A stretch of 64,000 nucleotides of DNA. Source: an uncultured virus (IMG/VR IMGVR_UViG_3300033112_000355). Lineage: Duplodnaviria > Heunggongvirae > Uroviricota > Caudoviricetes. The stretch lies in the IMG/VR virus record IMGVR_UViG_3300033112_000355. One strand, 5' to 3'. How positions within the stretch are numbered: the first letter of the stretch is position 1; each line of letters starts with the position of its first letter. Positions 37,000 to 47,090 of the stretch are shown here, one piece after another. The notes beneath the pieces are model-generated. The model made no database searches. It saw only the letters and a list, made by a program, of their open reading frames with translations, and was not told the DNA's origin. The translations under genes were made by a program, and so were the position numbers.

Positions 37000-37301
37000 T
37001 AACGGTGGATTGTTGCAAGAAGAAGAAAGCCAACAGGGCTAAAAAATTAAAACATAGATACGGAATTAGCATTGAACAGTATGAACAAATGCTTATCGAT
37101 CAAAACTATCGGTGCAAGATTTGCGGTTCTACTGATCCCGGACATAAGAAAAAACATTTTTCCGTTGATCATTGCCATGAGACAGGGAGGGTAAGAGGTC
37201 TTTTATGTGCCAACTGTAACCTTACCTTAGGTTATGTAAAGGATGATGTAGCATTGTTGAAATCTTGTATCGGTTATTTGCAATCAGCTTGCCATGTTTG
37301 A
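36996..37301 (+). CDS. Endonuclease VII-family protein
   Basis: YGISIEQY...CKIC...VDHCHETGRVRGLLCANCN. Confidence 0.85.
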   Translation: MITVDCCKKKKANRAKKLKHRYGISIEQYEQMLIDQNYRCKICGSTDPGHKKKHFSVDHCHETGRVRGLLCANCNLTLGYVKDDVALLKSCIGYLQSACHV

Positions 37302-37755
37302 ATGTGCTCGCTTTATTCTCACGGGCTTTTTTATTTACGTGCGGTTAAAGCTTCTTGAGATTTGCAGAAAAATGAAATGCTACTTCACCCAAAGGCGGAA
37401 CAATCCTTAAGTTCTACAGTGGTACGTTGTTGGTTTGAGTAGTACTGGTTACTTTTAGGGGCACCGCACAGAACCCTTGCAATCACTGGCTTTTTGTCGC
37501 TTAATCCTCTATCTTTAATCGAATTCACTAAATTACCCACCCTAAAATAAACTCAGCTGCAAATTGAATCTATGAAATACGTCGTACATCCGGCGGAGTT
37601 TTCTCGTGCCATAAAATCTTTGATCATAGATGCAGTAGACGGTGATGTATTGCTTGTTCCTTATGCAATGCAAATGCATGTCTTTAATTTATTAAAATCG
37701 AATATCTGTCCAGAGAAAGATATCACCGTACAATTACTAGACGCAAGCAACTAAT

Positions 37756-40359
37756 ATGTCCATCGATTTCCAACTCAAGCCAGGTGAAATCCGTTTAGAT
37801 CTTATACCCAGCTCCTGGCCTCTGACTCCACTGGGTATCGACAAAGCCCCATACATCCTGGGATGGCAGAGAAATCCTCTCTCAGTTTCTGAGATTTCAG
37901 AAGAGATATATTCTAATAAAGCTAAAGCAGTTGGCTTGCTTTCTGGACCGGTGGGAAATGAGCCCTACGGTTTAGTCTGGGTTGATGTTGATGGGAAAAG
38001 CGCATTTGATATTGTTGAAAAGCTTTCAACTGAAGAGTTTGATAAAGCTCTACCTCCTACTCTTGCTATTTCCAGTGGTAGAGAAGGGCGAGTAAGAAAG
38101 CTTTATAAAGTATCTAAAAGTGACTTTGATGTCTTCGCTCGCTCGAAGTATCGCTGGCTTGGAGATACAGACGAGCAACTAGAAGTTCTCTGGACAAAAC
38201 GCCAGGGTGTCCTTATGGGGAAACACCCTGATACAAAAGGGTTTTTTACTTTGCCAGGGCAAGGTTTTGAGCACTGTGCAAATCTTCCTCTTGTTCCCGA
38301 ATGGGTTATCGCAAACGTCCATGCTCAGAATAAAAAGAAAGGAACTCCGACAATTGAAAGGCAGAGATATGTAGGATTAAATTTCGCAATCAACAGTGAG
38401 ATCACTGTCGAAAGAGACATTCGCATCGCTGAAAAAGCAATCTTCAGTTTGCCTGTAGAGCATTGCGATAACTACGATAGTTGGATCTCAGCTGGGCAAG
38501 CTCTTCATTCAATTGATGACAGCTGTCTTGAAATCTGGGATTCATGGAGCCAAAGATCAGAGAAGTATAAACCTGGTGTTTGTGCTGCCAAATGGAAAAC
38601 ATTTGATCGTGAGGGTGGAGCAGGTATTGGCTCGCTAATTGAAGAGGCTAAGAAGTATGGCTTCAGTCTTAGCCAAGACTTCAAAGCCCATTCTGTTTCT
38701 GACAAAGAAGTTGCTGCTGCGGAACAATATTTAAAGACTCTCGAGAAGGAGGAGGAAGAAGATCCGATCGAACTGCTTGAGCAGGAGATGATAGCATTTC
38801 TTCAGGAAGATAAACAACAGCGTCAAAGCTTTGAGAAAGGAAGCATCCTACCCAAGCAAACCAGGAAACAAAAGGGTTCATTAAGTCAGAGCCAGATTTT
38901 TCATTTGCTGGTTCAAGCTTACGACGATAACCTGAGATACTGCGAAACTCTAAGACAGTTCCGTTTGTTCGATCCAAGTAATGGACACTGGGAGCTTTTG
39001 TCTGACAATAAGATGGGAGCTGACTTGATGCAAAGGTTGGATATCCTAGCCGAGTCTGGTTTGATCACTGGTTACGACAACAAATTAATTAATGATCTTA
39101 AAAATTTATTAAGCAATAAATTTACATTTAATAATTGGTACGAGGATCGAGAGTACTTGTTGTTTACAAATGGAATACTGCATGTGCCCAGCCAAAAGCT
39201 GATCACTTTTGACAAGAATATAAAATTTGCACACGATCTATTTCTGATTAATCGTCAGCCCTATGCCTATGACGACAAGCAAGTCGCAAGTAAGATCATC
39301 GACTGGCTTGAATGGACACAGGATGGAAGAAAGGATCGCGTTGAACTTCTCCGTGCTTTCTTGCGAGCAGTGCTTCTGCAGCACCATGAAGTCCAGAGGT
39401 TCTTAGAGATCGTGGGCTACGGCAAGACCGGTAAGTCAACCTTCGCAAACCTGTGTGTCGCCCTGGTAGGTCGCGACAACATAGCGACGACTAGCTTTAA
39501 AGAAATGGAAAGTAATAAATTTGAACTGACTAACTTCGCGGGCAAGAAGTTAATTGTCTTGCCTGACCAGGATAAGTATGGAGGAAGCGTTGGCGTTCTC
39601 AAAAACCTCAGCGGTGGTGACATGGTGCGCAATGAGGTGAAGAACAAAGCCAATGTGACTTCTTTTCAGTACAAAGGAATGATTATCATTACTGCCAATG
39701 CGGAAATCCAATCTACTGATAAAAGCACTGGGCTTCAAAGAAGACGCATTACTTTATATTTTAACCGTGTTTTTAAAGGTAAACCGTCCGAACAGCGAAA
39801 TCTCATCTCATTTAGCAAGGGTGGAGAGCCAATTGGAGAATTTTCTAAGGAACTTCCAGGGTTAATTAATTGGTTGCTCTCTATGTCTGAAGAGACAATG
39901 AAAGAGTATCTGATGGCAACCTCTTCATATGTTGAGGGCTACCACAAAGAAGAAAGCGATCGTGATCGAAGGGTCTCAACTCTCCATGACTGGCTAGGTG
40001 AGCATGTGATTTACGATCCGGAGTACTGGACTGCGGTCGGCGTTAGTAGAGAAAAGCCTTTTAACCAAGAAGGAAATCACAAGTATGCCAACTACAACAT
40101 TGACCTGTACCCGAGCTACCTAGAGCACTGCTCTAACATCGGACAGAAATCTTCTACGCGAGGCAACTTCCTTTCAAACTTACTTGAATACTGTCGCACT
40201 AATAACCTCGATGTGATTAAAGAGAAGTGCAATAGGTCCAATGGCTTAAGGGGACTGCGCCTAAGAAATGAAAGCTCAATCGTAAAACAAAATGATTGGC
40301 CTTCTATTCTTGATTACGTAAACGACAAGGAAAGCTATAAAAATATCTACGAAAAATAA
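37756..40359 (+). CDS. Primase-helicase: PrimPol, PriCT-2, D5_N and SF3 helicase domains
   Basis: VWVDVDG; YDSWISAGQALH...WDSWSQRSEKY; LLFTNG; Walker A GYGKTGKST; LKNLSGGD; IIITAN. Confidence 0.9.
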   Translation: MSIDFQLKPGEIRLDLIPSSWPLTPLGIDKAPYILGWQRNPLSVSEISEEIYSNKAKAVGLLSGPVGNEPYGLVWVDVDGKSAFDIVEKLSTEEFDKALPPTLAISSGREGRVRKLYKVSKSDFDVFARSKYRWLGDTDEQLEVLWTKRQGVLMGKHPDTKGFFTLPGQGFEHCANLPLVPEWVIANVHAQNKKKGTPTIERQRYVGLNFAINSEITVERDIRIAEKAIFSLPVEHCDNYDSWISAGQALHSIDDSCLEIWDSWSQRSEKYKPGVCAAKWKTFDREGGAGIGSLIEEAKKYGFSLSQDFKAHSVSDKEVAAAEQYLKTLEKEEEEDPIELLEQEMIAFLQEDKQQRQSFEKGSILPKQTRKQKGSLSQSQIFHLLVQAYDDNLRYCETLRQFRLFDPSNGHWELLSDNKMGADLMQRLDILAESGLITGYDNKLINDLKNLLSNKFTFNNWYEDREYLLFTNGILHVPSQKLITFDKNIKFAHDLFLINRQPYAYDDKQVASKIIDWLEWTQDGRKDRVELLRAFLRAVLLQHHEVQRFLEIVGYGKTGKSTFANLCVALVGRDNIATTSFKEMESNKFELTNFAGKKLIVLPDQDKYGGSVGVLKNLSGGDMVRNEVKNKANVTSFQYKGMIIITANAEIQSTDKSTGLQRRRITLYFNRVFKGKPSEQRNLISFSKGGEPIGEFSKELPGLINWLLSMSEETMKEYLMATSSYVEGYHKEESDRDRRVSTLHDWLGEHVIYDPEYWTAVGVSREKPFNQEGNHKYANYNIDLYPSYLEHCSNIGQKSSTRGNFLSNLLEYCRTNNLDVIKEKCNRSNGLRGLRLRNESSIVKQNDWPSILDYVNDKESYKNIYEK

Positions 40360-40389
40360 GCTACACTAACAACGAACGTTGTAGTTAGC

Positions 40390-41580
40390 ATGGCTAAAAA
40401 GAAGATTTTATGGAGCGGCGATATTGTCGCTATGACTGGATTCGCTCGTGTAACAGAGAATTTAATTACTAGGCTTGACCATAAATATGACATCACCGTA
40501 CTTGGTAACAACTGGTGGGGGGACCCTGCGCCAGAATTGCAATCGAGGTTTCGGATGTATCCTTCCTCGAACAGGCACCAGACAGAACCTTTTGGTGTGC
40601 AACGAATTAAGGAAGTAGTATCACGTGAAAAGCCTGACATCGTATTTGTAAACAACGACATCTGGATTGTTAATCAAATCTATTCACAGATCGAAGATCT
40701 GCATAAGCAAGGAGACTTTAAGTTCATCGCTTACTGTCCCATGGATTCTTATGAGTGGGCTGGGGGACTGTTGGATAAGAGCCCTGCATGGGACAAGCTT
40801 GTCATCTACACCAAGTTTGGTGCTGAAGAGTTTATGAAGGCTGGCTACCCAAATGAGATCGCCGTCATCCCTCACGGTGTAACAACATCTCAGTTCTCTT
40901 CATTGGATAAGAAAGAATGCCGTCGCAAGCTTGGTCTTAAGGAAGATGCATTCATTGTCTTTAATGGCAACCGTAATCAAGCACGTAAGCGTCAAGACGT
41001 GACCATCGAAGCCTTTGCGGAGTTTGCAAAAGACAAACCTGAAGCGATGCTTTACATGCACATGGGACTAAAAGACCAAGGCTGGGATATCATGTCTGTG
41101 TTTGCACAGGAGATGAACAAGCGCGACCTTGATCCAAACGGGCGGATCATCATGACTGCAAACACTCCTCATCCTCCCAATGTTCCAGTAGAAATGCTTA
41201 ACGTTATCTACAATTCAGCGGATGTTGGAGTTAACACCTGCAAGGGTGAAGGCCACGGACTCGTTAATCATGAGCATGCTGCATGTGGAGTGGCTCAGGT
41301 TGTGCCTAACCACACATCACTGAAAGAAATTTTTGAGGGTGCAGGGATTCTGATCGACAATGCCTTCATTGATGTAGATATGAATTACAACCGGAGGATG
41401 CCGATTCCCTGTGCCAAACATCTTGCTGAGATTCTTACGGACCTCTACAACGATCGTGAAAAACTAAAGGAAATCGGTGAGGCTTGTAAGGAACGCGCTT
41501 TGGATCCAATGTACCAATGGGACACTGTGGCTGAGAATTTTGAAGAGGTCTTTGATGAAGTATTGGCTGTAAAGGGGTAG
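40390..41580 (+). CDS. GT-B glycosyltransferase (GT4-like)
   Basis: TGFARV, IPHGV, NRNQARKR, YNSADVGVNTCKGEGHGL. Confidence 0.85.
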   Translation: MAKKKILWSGDIVAMTGFARVTENLITRLDHKYDITVLGNNWWGDPAPELQSRFRMYPSSNRHQTEPFGVQRIKEVVSREKPDIVFVNNDIWIVNQIYSQIEDLHKQGDFKFIAYCPMDSYEWAGGLLDKSPAWDKLVIYTKFGAEEFMKAGYPNEIAVIPHGVTTSQFSSLDKKECRRKLGLKEDAFIVFNGNRNQARKRQDVTIEAFAEFAKDKPEAMLYMHMGLKDQGWDIMSVFAQEMNKRDLDPNGRIIMTANTPHPPNVPVEMLNVIYNSADVGVNTCKGEGHGLVNHEHAACGVAQVVPNHTSLKEIFEGAGILIDNAFIDVDMNYNRRMPIPCAKHLAEILTDLYNDREKLKEIGEACKERALDPMYQWDTVAENFEEVFDEVLAVKG

Positions 41581-41607
41581 TGTGCCAATATTAAAATTTT
41601 GCTTCTA

Positions 41608-41635
41608 AAGCTCCTCCTGGAAGAGGGGCTTTTTT
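41608..41635 (+). terminator. Intrinsic terminator
   Basis: AAGCTCCTC-CTGGAA-GAGGGGCTT followed by a T run. Confidence 0.6.
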
Positions 41636-41648
41636 ACACTCTGTCTAG

Positions 41649-41699
41649 TGTACGTTTTCCCTTATACTAATTAGAATTGAGGTGTAATCGGTTTTTATG
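41649..41699 (+). repeat. Distal copy of the bipartite TGTACG...GGTGTAATCGG motif
   Basis: GTACG at 41650 and GGTGTAATCGG at 41681, same 31-bp offset as the copies at 21-22 kb. Confidence 0.75.
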
Positions 41700-42095
41700 A
41701 TGCCTTTGCAGACCCGCCGTCGCTACAAGCCTCTGCCCTTCGATTCCATTGAGCACGCTAACGAGTATCTGAAACTGTCTGAAAACTACCCAAGTGGTTT
41801 GGAGTGGGTCTATGAAGACGGTTGGCGAACCAAAGGTGAGATGTGCGGTAAATGGAACGCCACTGGTGAGTACTATGTCGTCCGCTTGTTTGGAGAGCAG
41901 TATCATGCTCACCGCATTGTCTACTACTTAAGGACTGGAGAGGATCCTGCAGGTAAAGACATCATCCATGAAGAAACAAATAAATCTAAAGACAACAGAA
42001 AAGATCTATTGGCCTGGGAAGGCCTTAGGGTCAACAATGTGTCCAACAGAGGCGCACTCCGTTTTCGTACCATCAAAGAAAAGAAAAGTGCCTGA
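41697..42095 (+). CDS. HNH-type homing endonuclease-like protein (degenerate)
   Basis: YHAHRIVYYL..G......IIH...K.DNR. Confidence 0.55.
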   Translation: MMPLQTRRRYKPLPFDSIEHANEYLKLSENYPSGLEWVYEDGWRTKGEMCGKWNATGEYYVVRLFGEQYHAHRIVYYLRTGEDPAGKDIIHEETNKSKDNRKDLLAWEGLRVNNVSNRGALRFRTIKEKKSA

Positions 42096-42729
42096 AAAAA
42101 AACAACGAATCGTTCTTCCTTTTCACAAAGACATTGATAACCTCGACGCTGAAGGCCTGGAAAATCTAGGCCTTTATCGAGGCATGGAATGCATCCATGG
42201 GCACAGCATACGTAACATGCAAGACAAATGGTGTTATCACTGTGCTCATAGAATCTCAATAAATTCTTGTGGCTTTGATGTTAACTACATCGATAGCGAA
42301 TATAAAATTCGCTTCTTAGAGTTTTTAAAACACGTAAGGATAAAAGACACAGATGAGTGTTGGCCATGTGACATCAAGACTAAAAGATTCACCTTTCCTT
42401 CTTATAGATCAGAGTCATCGGCTGCATTCTCTGAGAATTTTGGGGTGGCTAAGATCATGTACACAGCGGCGTGGGGTGACATAGGGGCACTAAGACTTAC
42501 CAGGAAAAAAGGTGTTTGTACAATCGACAACTGTGTAAACCCTCTGCATTGGGAGTGTGTTTTAAATCTTGATGTAGCTCCAAAAACAATTCATCCTCTG
42601 ATTTTTGAATTAGATTTTGCAAAGATAAAACACTATGGAATTTTAAAGCAGCAGAAAAAGGTAGAGGCTTATCGACTTGCTCAATTCAAAAAGCACATCA
42701 TTCACCCATCTTTATTGATAGAAAACTGA
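41968..42729 (+). CDS. Cys-rich hypothetical protein with a degenerate HNH-like C-terminus
   Basis: CIHGH...WCYHC; DECWP; C..DNCVNPLH. Confidence 0.5.
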   Translation: MKKQINLKTTEKIYWPGKALGSTMCPTEAHSVFVPSKKRKVPEKKQRIVLPFHKDIDNLDAEGLENLGLYRGMECIHGHSIRNMQDKWCYHCAHRISINSCGFDVNYIDSEYKIRFLEFLKHVRIKDTDECWPCDIKTKRFTFPSYRSESSAAFSENFGVAKIMYTAAWGDIGALRLTRKKGVCTIDNCVNPLHWECVLNLDVAPKTIHPLIFELDFAKIKHYGILKQQKKVEAYRLAQFKKHIIHPSLLIEN

Positions 42730-42772
42730 AGGACACCTTCGACTAAAATTAAGTTAATACAATTAACTTATA

Positions 42773-43630
42773 ATGTCACGTATATCGCAGACAACTCCTC
42801 AAAGAGGGAGAAATGCAAACACTCCTTTCCCTTTAGGTACTTTTAATCAGCTTACTCTTCGGGTACTAACAGGTGAATTAGGTCCTGTATATAAGCCTGT
42901 TGGCTTTTCTGACACCCTTAGAAATTCCAATGGTGGCATGGGAGGTGGTACATACAACGCTTGGTTTCAAGTAGAGCTTGCTGTACCAGCGTGGATAATT
43001 CTAACTAAAGGTGCGTTTAAGCCTAGAGATTTAAATGTATCTGTTTATGATCTAAATCAGATAGAAAAATTTGGCAGAAATATATTCGAAAAAACAAGCA
43101 TAAGTACTGAAGTTGCTGTGCGAGATTTTAGTATTGATCCGGCTTCTATAACTGTTTCTATGCCTCCGCTTACACGTGAAACTTTCACTGATTGGACAAA
43201 AACTTTGTCGGGAGAAACCTTTAATTACTATCCCTATCACAATACTGTCGCTGCCACGGGCTCAGATTTATACAATACCTATGAAGCTCACAGGCTTGAT
43301 AAAGGGGATGAGATGTATTACCCGTTAACTGTGGGTAAATATCTCATCTGCATTTCTATGACAAAAAATGAACCACGTCCTTATGAAGTTGGCTTGGTTA
43401 TTGAACCAAAGGATGACATTGTTTACGTTCTTTGTGAGGATGTTTCTCTTGTAAATCTCGGACTCGAAGATACCACTCCTCCTGGCAATTTTTTAGGCGA
43501 TGCTACGCCTGGTTTCTTTGACACTACTCATGATCATTCATTATCTGATTGGGACGCGGCATGGAAACGGGATAACAAACCTAATTCTCAATTGCCTGTA
43601 ATATTTTATCCTTTATTAAACAGAAGATGA
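42773..43630 (+). CDS. Hypothetical (possibly virion) beta-rich protein
   Basis: 285 aa ORF. Confidence 0.5.
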   Translation: MSRISQTTPQRGRNANTPFPLGTFNQLTLRVLTGELGPVYKPVGFSDTLRNSNGGMGGGTYNAWFQVELAVPAWIILTKGAFKPRDLNVSVYDLNQIEKFGRNIFEKTSISTEVAVRDFSIDPASITVSMPPLTRETFTDWTKTLSGETFNYYPYHNTVAATGSDLYNTYEAHRLDKGDEMYYPLTVGKYLICISMTKNEPRPYEVGLVIEPKDDIVYVLCEDVSLVNLGLEDTTPPGNFLGDATPGFFDTTHDHSLSDWDAAWKRDNKPNSQLPVIFYPLLNRR

Positions 43631-43663
43631 GCGTTTTGCCCTTTAGAATAGATTGTTAGCAAA

Positions 43664-43828
43664 ATGAGCATGTCGAAAAAAGTATTAGTTTCAGAAAAAG
43701 ATCGGGATCTAATTTCTTCTTATTGGAGCGGACCTGCCAAACAAAAGAAATCGAATCCTACAAAAGCTTTTGAACAGTATTGCAAAGACGAGCCCTGGCA
43801 GTTAGAGTGTAGAGAATATGATACTTAA
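43664..43828 (+). CDS. CP12-like small protein (54 aa, not in ORF track)
   Basis: C-terminus FEQYCKDEPWQLECREYDT matches the CP12 C-terminal C-X8-C...YD motif; preceded by TAGAAT. Confidence 0.6.
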   Translation: MSMSKKVLVSEKDRDLISSYWSGPAKQKKSNPTKAFEQYCKDEPWQLECREYDT

Positions 43829-43830
43829 AT

Positions 43831-44565
43831 GTGTCTACGCTTATCACTAACATCCCGCCCCAAAAAGTCTGGGTACGTAAAGAGTATCTTAGGGATTTAC
43901 GTGATGGCTTTGGTGAGTACGTACTTGGTTATTGGGTCTCTCTTAAGTCCTTACCAGGGAGGCCGTTTTACTTTGAAACCTACTTACCGGAATATGGTGC
44001 GCTCTATGACAAGCTACCGATCTCTGCTTTTTTAACCTGGGATTCAGATTTTCCTGAATGCCCTGTCGCTCCAGATCCAGATCTTGATCTTGAAAACTTG
44101 CAATTTTGGAATTGTTTTAGCCATGATATTGTCACACTTGAAAAAAATCTTACTTACACAATGCGGTGGGAGGTCCGTACTAAGACCTTTGGCACTCTTT
44201 GCGGTGATTACTTGTTTACTATCGACAGCTTTAACGGTGATCGCAGCCGCACAGACATCAGCTTCTCGGAAACACCTGACGAACACAAGTCCTTCAATGT
44301 TCTCGAATTGCAGAATGGTCAGTTTGCAGCCTATCCCAACAACAGATGCCGCCTTATTGATCCTTCTTTGTCTCCCGAAGAACTCAAAACCCCGGATTTT
44401 CTTGTCTCCACCCGCTACTACAATGTTGAATATCCCAACGCAAAATTTGGAAGGCTAGGTGAGTCTGAGGAATATTTCTGGGAAACAGAAACAGAAAAGA
44501 AAAATAATAAAGTACCATATAAAGTATTTGTCCCTGCGAATGACCAGGAACAATTTGACCTGTGA
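43831..44565 (+). CDS. Conserved phage hypothetical protein
   Basis: VWVRKEYL, LYDKLPISAF, QFWNCFS, NGQFAAYPNNR. Confidence 0.6.
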   Translation: MSTLITNIPPQKVWVRKEYLRDLRDGFGEYVLGYWVSLKSLPGRPFYFETYLPEYGALYDKLPISAFLTWDSDFPECPVAPDPDLDLENLQFWNCFSHDIVTLEKNLTYTMRWEVRTKTFGTLCGDYLFTIDSFNGDRSRTDISFSETPDEHKSFNVLELQNGQFAAYPNNRCRLIDPSLSPEELKTPDFLVSTRYYNVEYPNAKFGRLGESEEYFWETETEKKNNKVPYKVFVPANDQEQFDL

Positions 44566-45017
44566 ACGAAGAAGAAAGAAGCTTACTTTTATTAAACGTT
44601 TTGATAATGGTCAGCTTCTTAAGGCTTTTTTAACGCCTGCTAATATCAAAAACAATAAGTGTATATGGAATTTTTCCATAGCTGTTAGCCGTTCTAACAG
44701 GCAAATAAATGACTGGAATAGGGGTAGGAGAAATAAGCGTGCAAATAAACTCAAATCTAATCTGACTGGTAATGTAGGAACCAAATCTTTAATAGAAGCT
44801 GCACGGATAACCAGAAAGTGCTTCGTGCATATACAAAAAGGAGATTCTATAATTTTTAAGTGTGAATCTTCAATGCGCCAAAAGCAATTGAGAGTTTTTA
44901 AGAAGTGGCTTATAGGTAGAGAGAAATTAAATTGGGAATATTTACAAGATTTTAATATTTTCTTTATATATAAAAAGTAGAAGCAATTATAATTAAAGCA
45001 AGTAAATAATTAAAAAC

Positions 45018-45164
45018 ATGGAAGACATTCTCAGCAGCCCAATTACCTGGATTGTAATCGCCGCTCTCTCTGAAATTATCGGACTTTCTCCTTTGAAAGA
45101 TAACAGTGTCATTCAGCTGGTGCTTAAAGCTCTTAACAGCATCAAGCCTGCAAAAAAGGAATGA
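45018..45164 (+). CDS. Small membrane protein (holin candidate, 48 aa, not in ORF track)
   Basis: MEDILSSPITWIVIAALSEIIGLSPLKDNSVIQLVLKAL; near a lysin. Confidence 0.5.
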   Translation: MEDILSSPITWIVIAALSEIIGLSPLKDNSVIQLVLKALNSIKPAKKE

Positions 45165-45591
45165 CACCACCAGATGGCAAGATTGTATTTACGCTAAGCA
45201 CGCGTTCACTTCTAGATGATTTTGATCGAGAGATTAAACGTCAAAAGTTCTACGCAACATTGCCATACAAGCTAGATGCTGCCGAAGATAAATGGCATAA
45301 GAGCCAGCCTCCCAACATCCCTGGTCCTATAGAGATCGGGGATTTACATATTCGTGCGCCGTGGTATCAGTCTTCTAGCGGCTGAAACCAGAACACAACT
45401 CCATCATTTTCTTCGCAATATTTTCTTGTAGCGTAAGCGTGATCTTGGTCCATAGTTTCGCACTTGCGCTCATCATCAATTTCCCAACAGATGTTTACTC
45501 TAATTGGTTTCTTTTTTCTCATCCGACTTTAGTAGTTGTGATCAAAATTACAGAGGCTATGCCCCATAATGTCAATAAAGGAATAATAACT

Positions 45592-46281
45592 CTACAGAAT
45601 TCCAAAGACCTTCTTGCAAATTTGATACTTAGCTAAGCGATCATCGTATCCATTCCAGCCGCCATTGATCCGATAACAACACTCATCAAATCCTTTATGA
45701 ATACAGATATCCAGGAGTTTGTTATCTTCGATCCAGCTTAGTGCTGAACGGAACGGATATTGCTCTGCAACGTAATCACAACCTCTTTCAAGAATCAGCG
45801 GATCATGAAGTTTTTCTGCAGCACGACTATAGTTATAGCGTCCTGTTAATTGCAAAACTCCTGCACCTTTGAATTTAGGTCCATCACCAGGCTGTGTATT
45901 TCCTAGGTCAGTGCGTCCTTCATAAGCAGCTCCATTTGCAATCTCTTTCATGTAGACAAAGTTTGCAGTCTCATGCATAAAATTTGCAGTGAGCATCGCA
46001 ATGGCAAAGTCAAACTTATCAAAGCCTGTTGCCATCAACAGCTTATTGAAGTCGCCACAGAACGTTGCATCGAAACTAGATGCAGAATGTCCTGTTAACT
46101 CCTGCATGATTTGAGGAGTAATGATCTGAGAAATGGGATTAGAAGGTCCTGCTCTATATAAATCAGCAAACTCATCTAATACTTCATCCGGAATCTTAGA
46201 TTCTAAGAAGTTAAAAGCCGCAATTTGATGCGGCAATTCTTTGTAATACTTTGCTGCGTTATTCAGGTTGATCGTCATCAC
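45592..46281 (-). CDS. GH19 chitinase-like endolysin
   Basis: HET, YEGRTDLGNTQPGDG.KFKG.G.LQLTGRYNY, RINGGWNG..DR. Confidence 0.88.
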   Translation of the reverse strand: MMTINLNNAAKYYKELPHQIAAFNFLESKIPDEVLDEFADLYRAGPSNPISQIITPQIMQELTGHSASSFDATFCGDFNKLLMATGFDKFDFAIAMLTANFMHETANFVYMKEIANGAAYEGRTDLGNTQPGDGPKFKGAGVLQLTGRYNYSRAAEKLHDPLILERGCDYVAEQYPFRSALSWIEDNKLLDICIHKGFDECCYRINGGWNGYDDRLAKYQICKKVFGIL

Positions 46282-46465
46282 TCACCTCTTTCTCTTCGGG
46301 ATCGAAATCAAGAGTGTCGATTAGTTTTTGAATTAATTCTGCAGAATATGCGATCAGGTTAGGGTCACCTGTTGTCCTGGCAGAAGCAAAAGAATTAATG
46401 CCAGAGACTAATTCACTTTTTTTGCAGGCCATTAGATCAAATTAACTTCAATAAATATACCATAA

Positions 46466-46774
46466 TTACCAAGGAATTCCATCAGCAGTTGTAGGATTTA
46501 AAATTTCTTCTTCTTGTGAAGCTAAACCTGATTCAATTTCAGATACAGTTTCAGGTCCTAAAGCAGCCTTTACCCAATCAACTGCCTGAGTTTCAGTGAT
46601 TTCATCATAAGGAGTGTAATTGTCTGGATCAGGAGCACCTAATCCCACACTTCCGTAGTTATATGCTTCACCAAGTTTTGCGGTCCAGTGAACTGCAGTT
46701 ACCAAACCCTCAGGAGGTGTGTCTCCATCTGGGAGATCTCGCTGCATAGAAACAACGTTCCAGATTACTGCCAT
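46466..46774 (-). CDS. Tail-fibre-associated protein
   Basis: VTAVHW...YGSVGL...TPYDEITE..AVDWVKAALG...GIPW; downstream of the fibre gene. Confidence 0.55.
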   Translation of the reverse strand: MAVIWNVVSMQRDLPDGDTPPEGLVTAVHWTAKLGEAYNYGSVGLGAPDPDNYTPYDEITETQAVDWVKAALGPETVSEIESGLASQEEEILNPTTADGIPW

Positions 46775-46825
46775 GTTTACTTATGTATATTCTTTTATTT
46801 TAGAACAAGTAATCATTGACCTGCG

Positions 46826-47062
46826 TCACTTAACCGATTTTCCCCGAATAATTGCTTCTTCAAAAGGCTGAAGGTTTTCTTCGGTCCAATAATCTTTTTC
46901 GACCATCAGCTCAAGGTGACGGACATTGCGATCGACTGTTGCCACTTGTTCCTCGTCTAGAGAATCAAGATCCATCAAATCGTTGATCAGATTTACGCTG
47001 TCCATGGCGGCAAAGTAGTGCCGCGCAATTTGTTCCGCAGTAGGTTTGTTAGTGCTGGTCAT
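46826..47062 (-). CDS. Tail-fibre-associated small protein
   Basis: AAMDSVNLI...RNVRHLELMV..DYW. Confidence 0.5.
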   Translation of the reverse strand: MTSTNKPTAEQIARHYFAAMDSVNLINDLMDLDSLDEEQVATVDRNVRHLELMVEKDYWTEENLQPFEEAIIRGKSVK

Positions 47063-47090
47063 TGGAAACCTTCAGAAGAATAGAGTGTTT

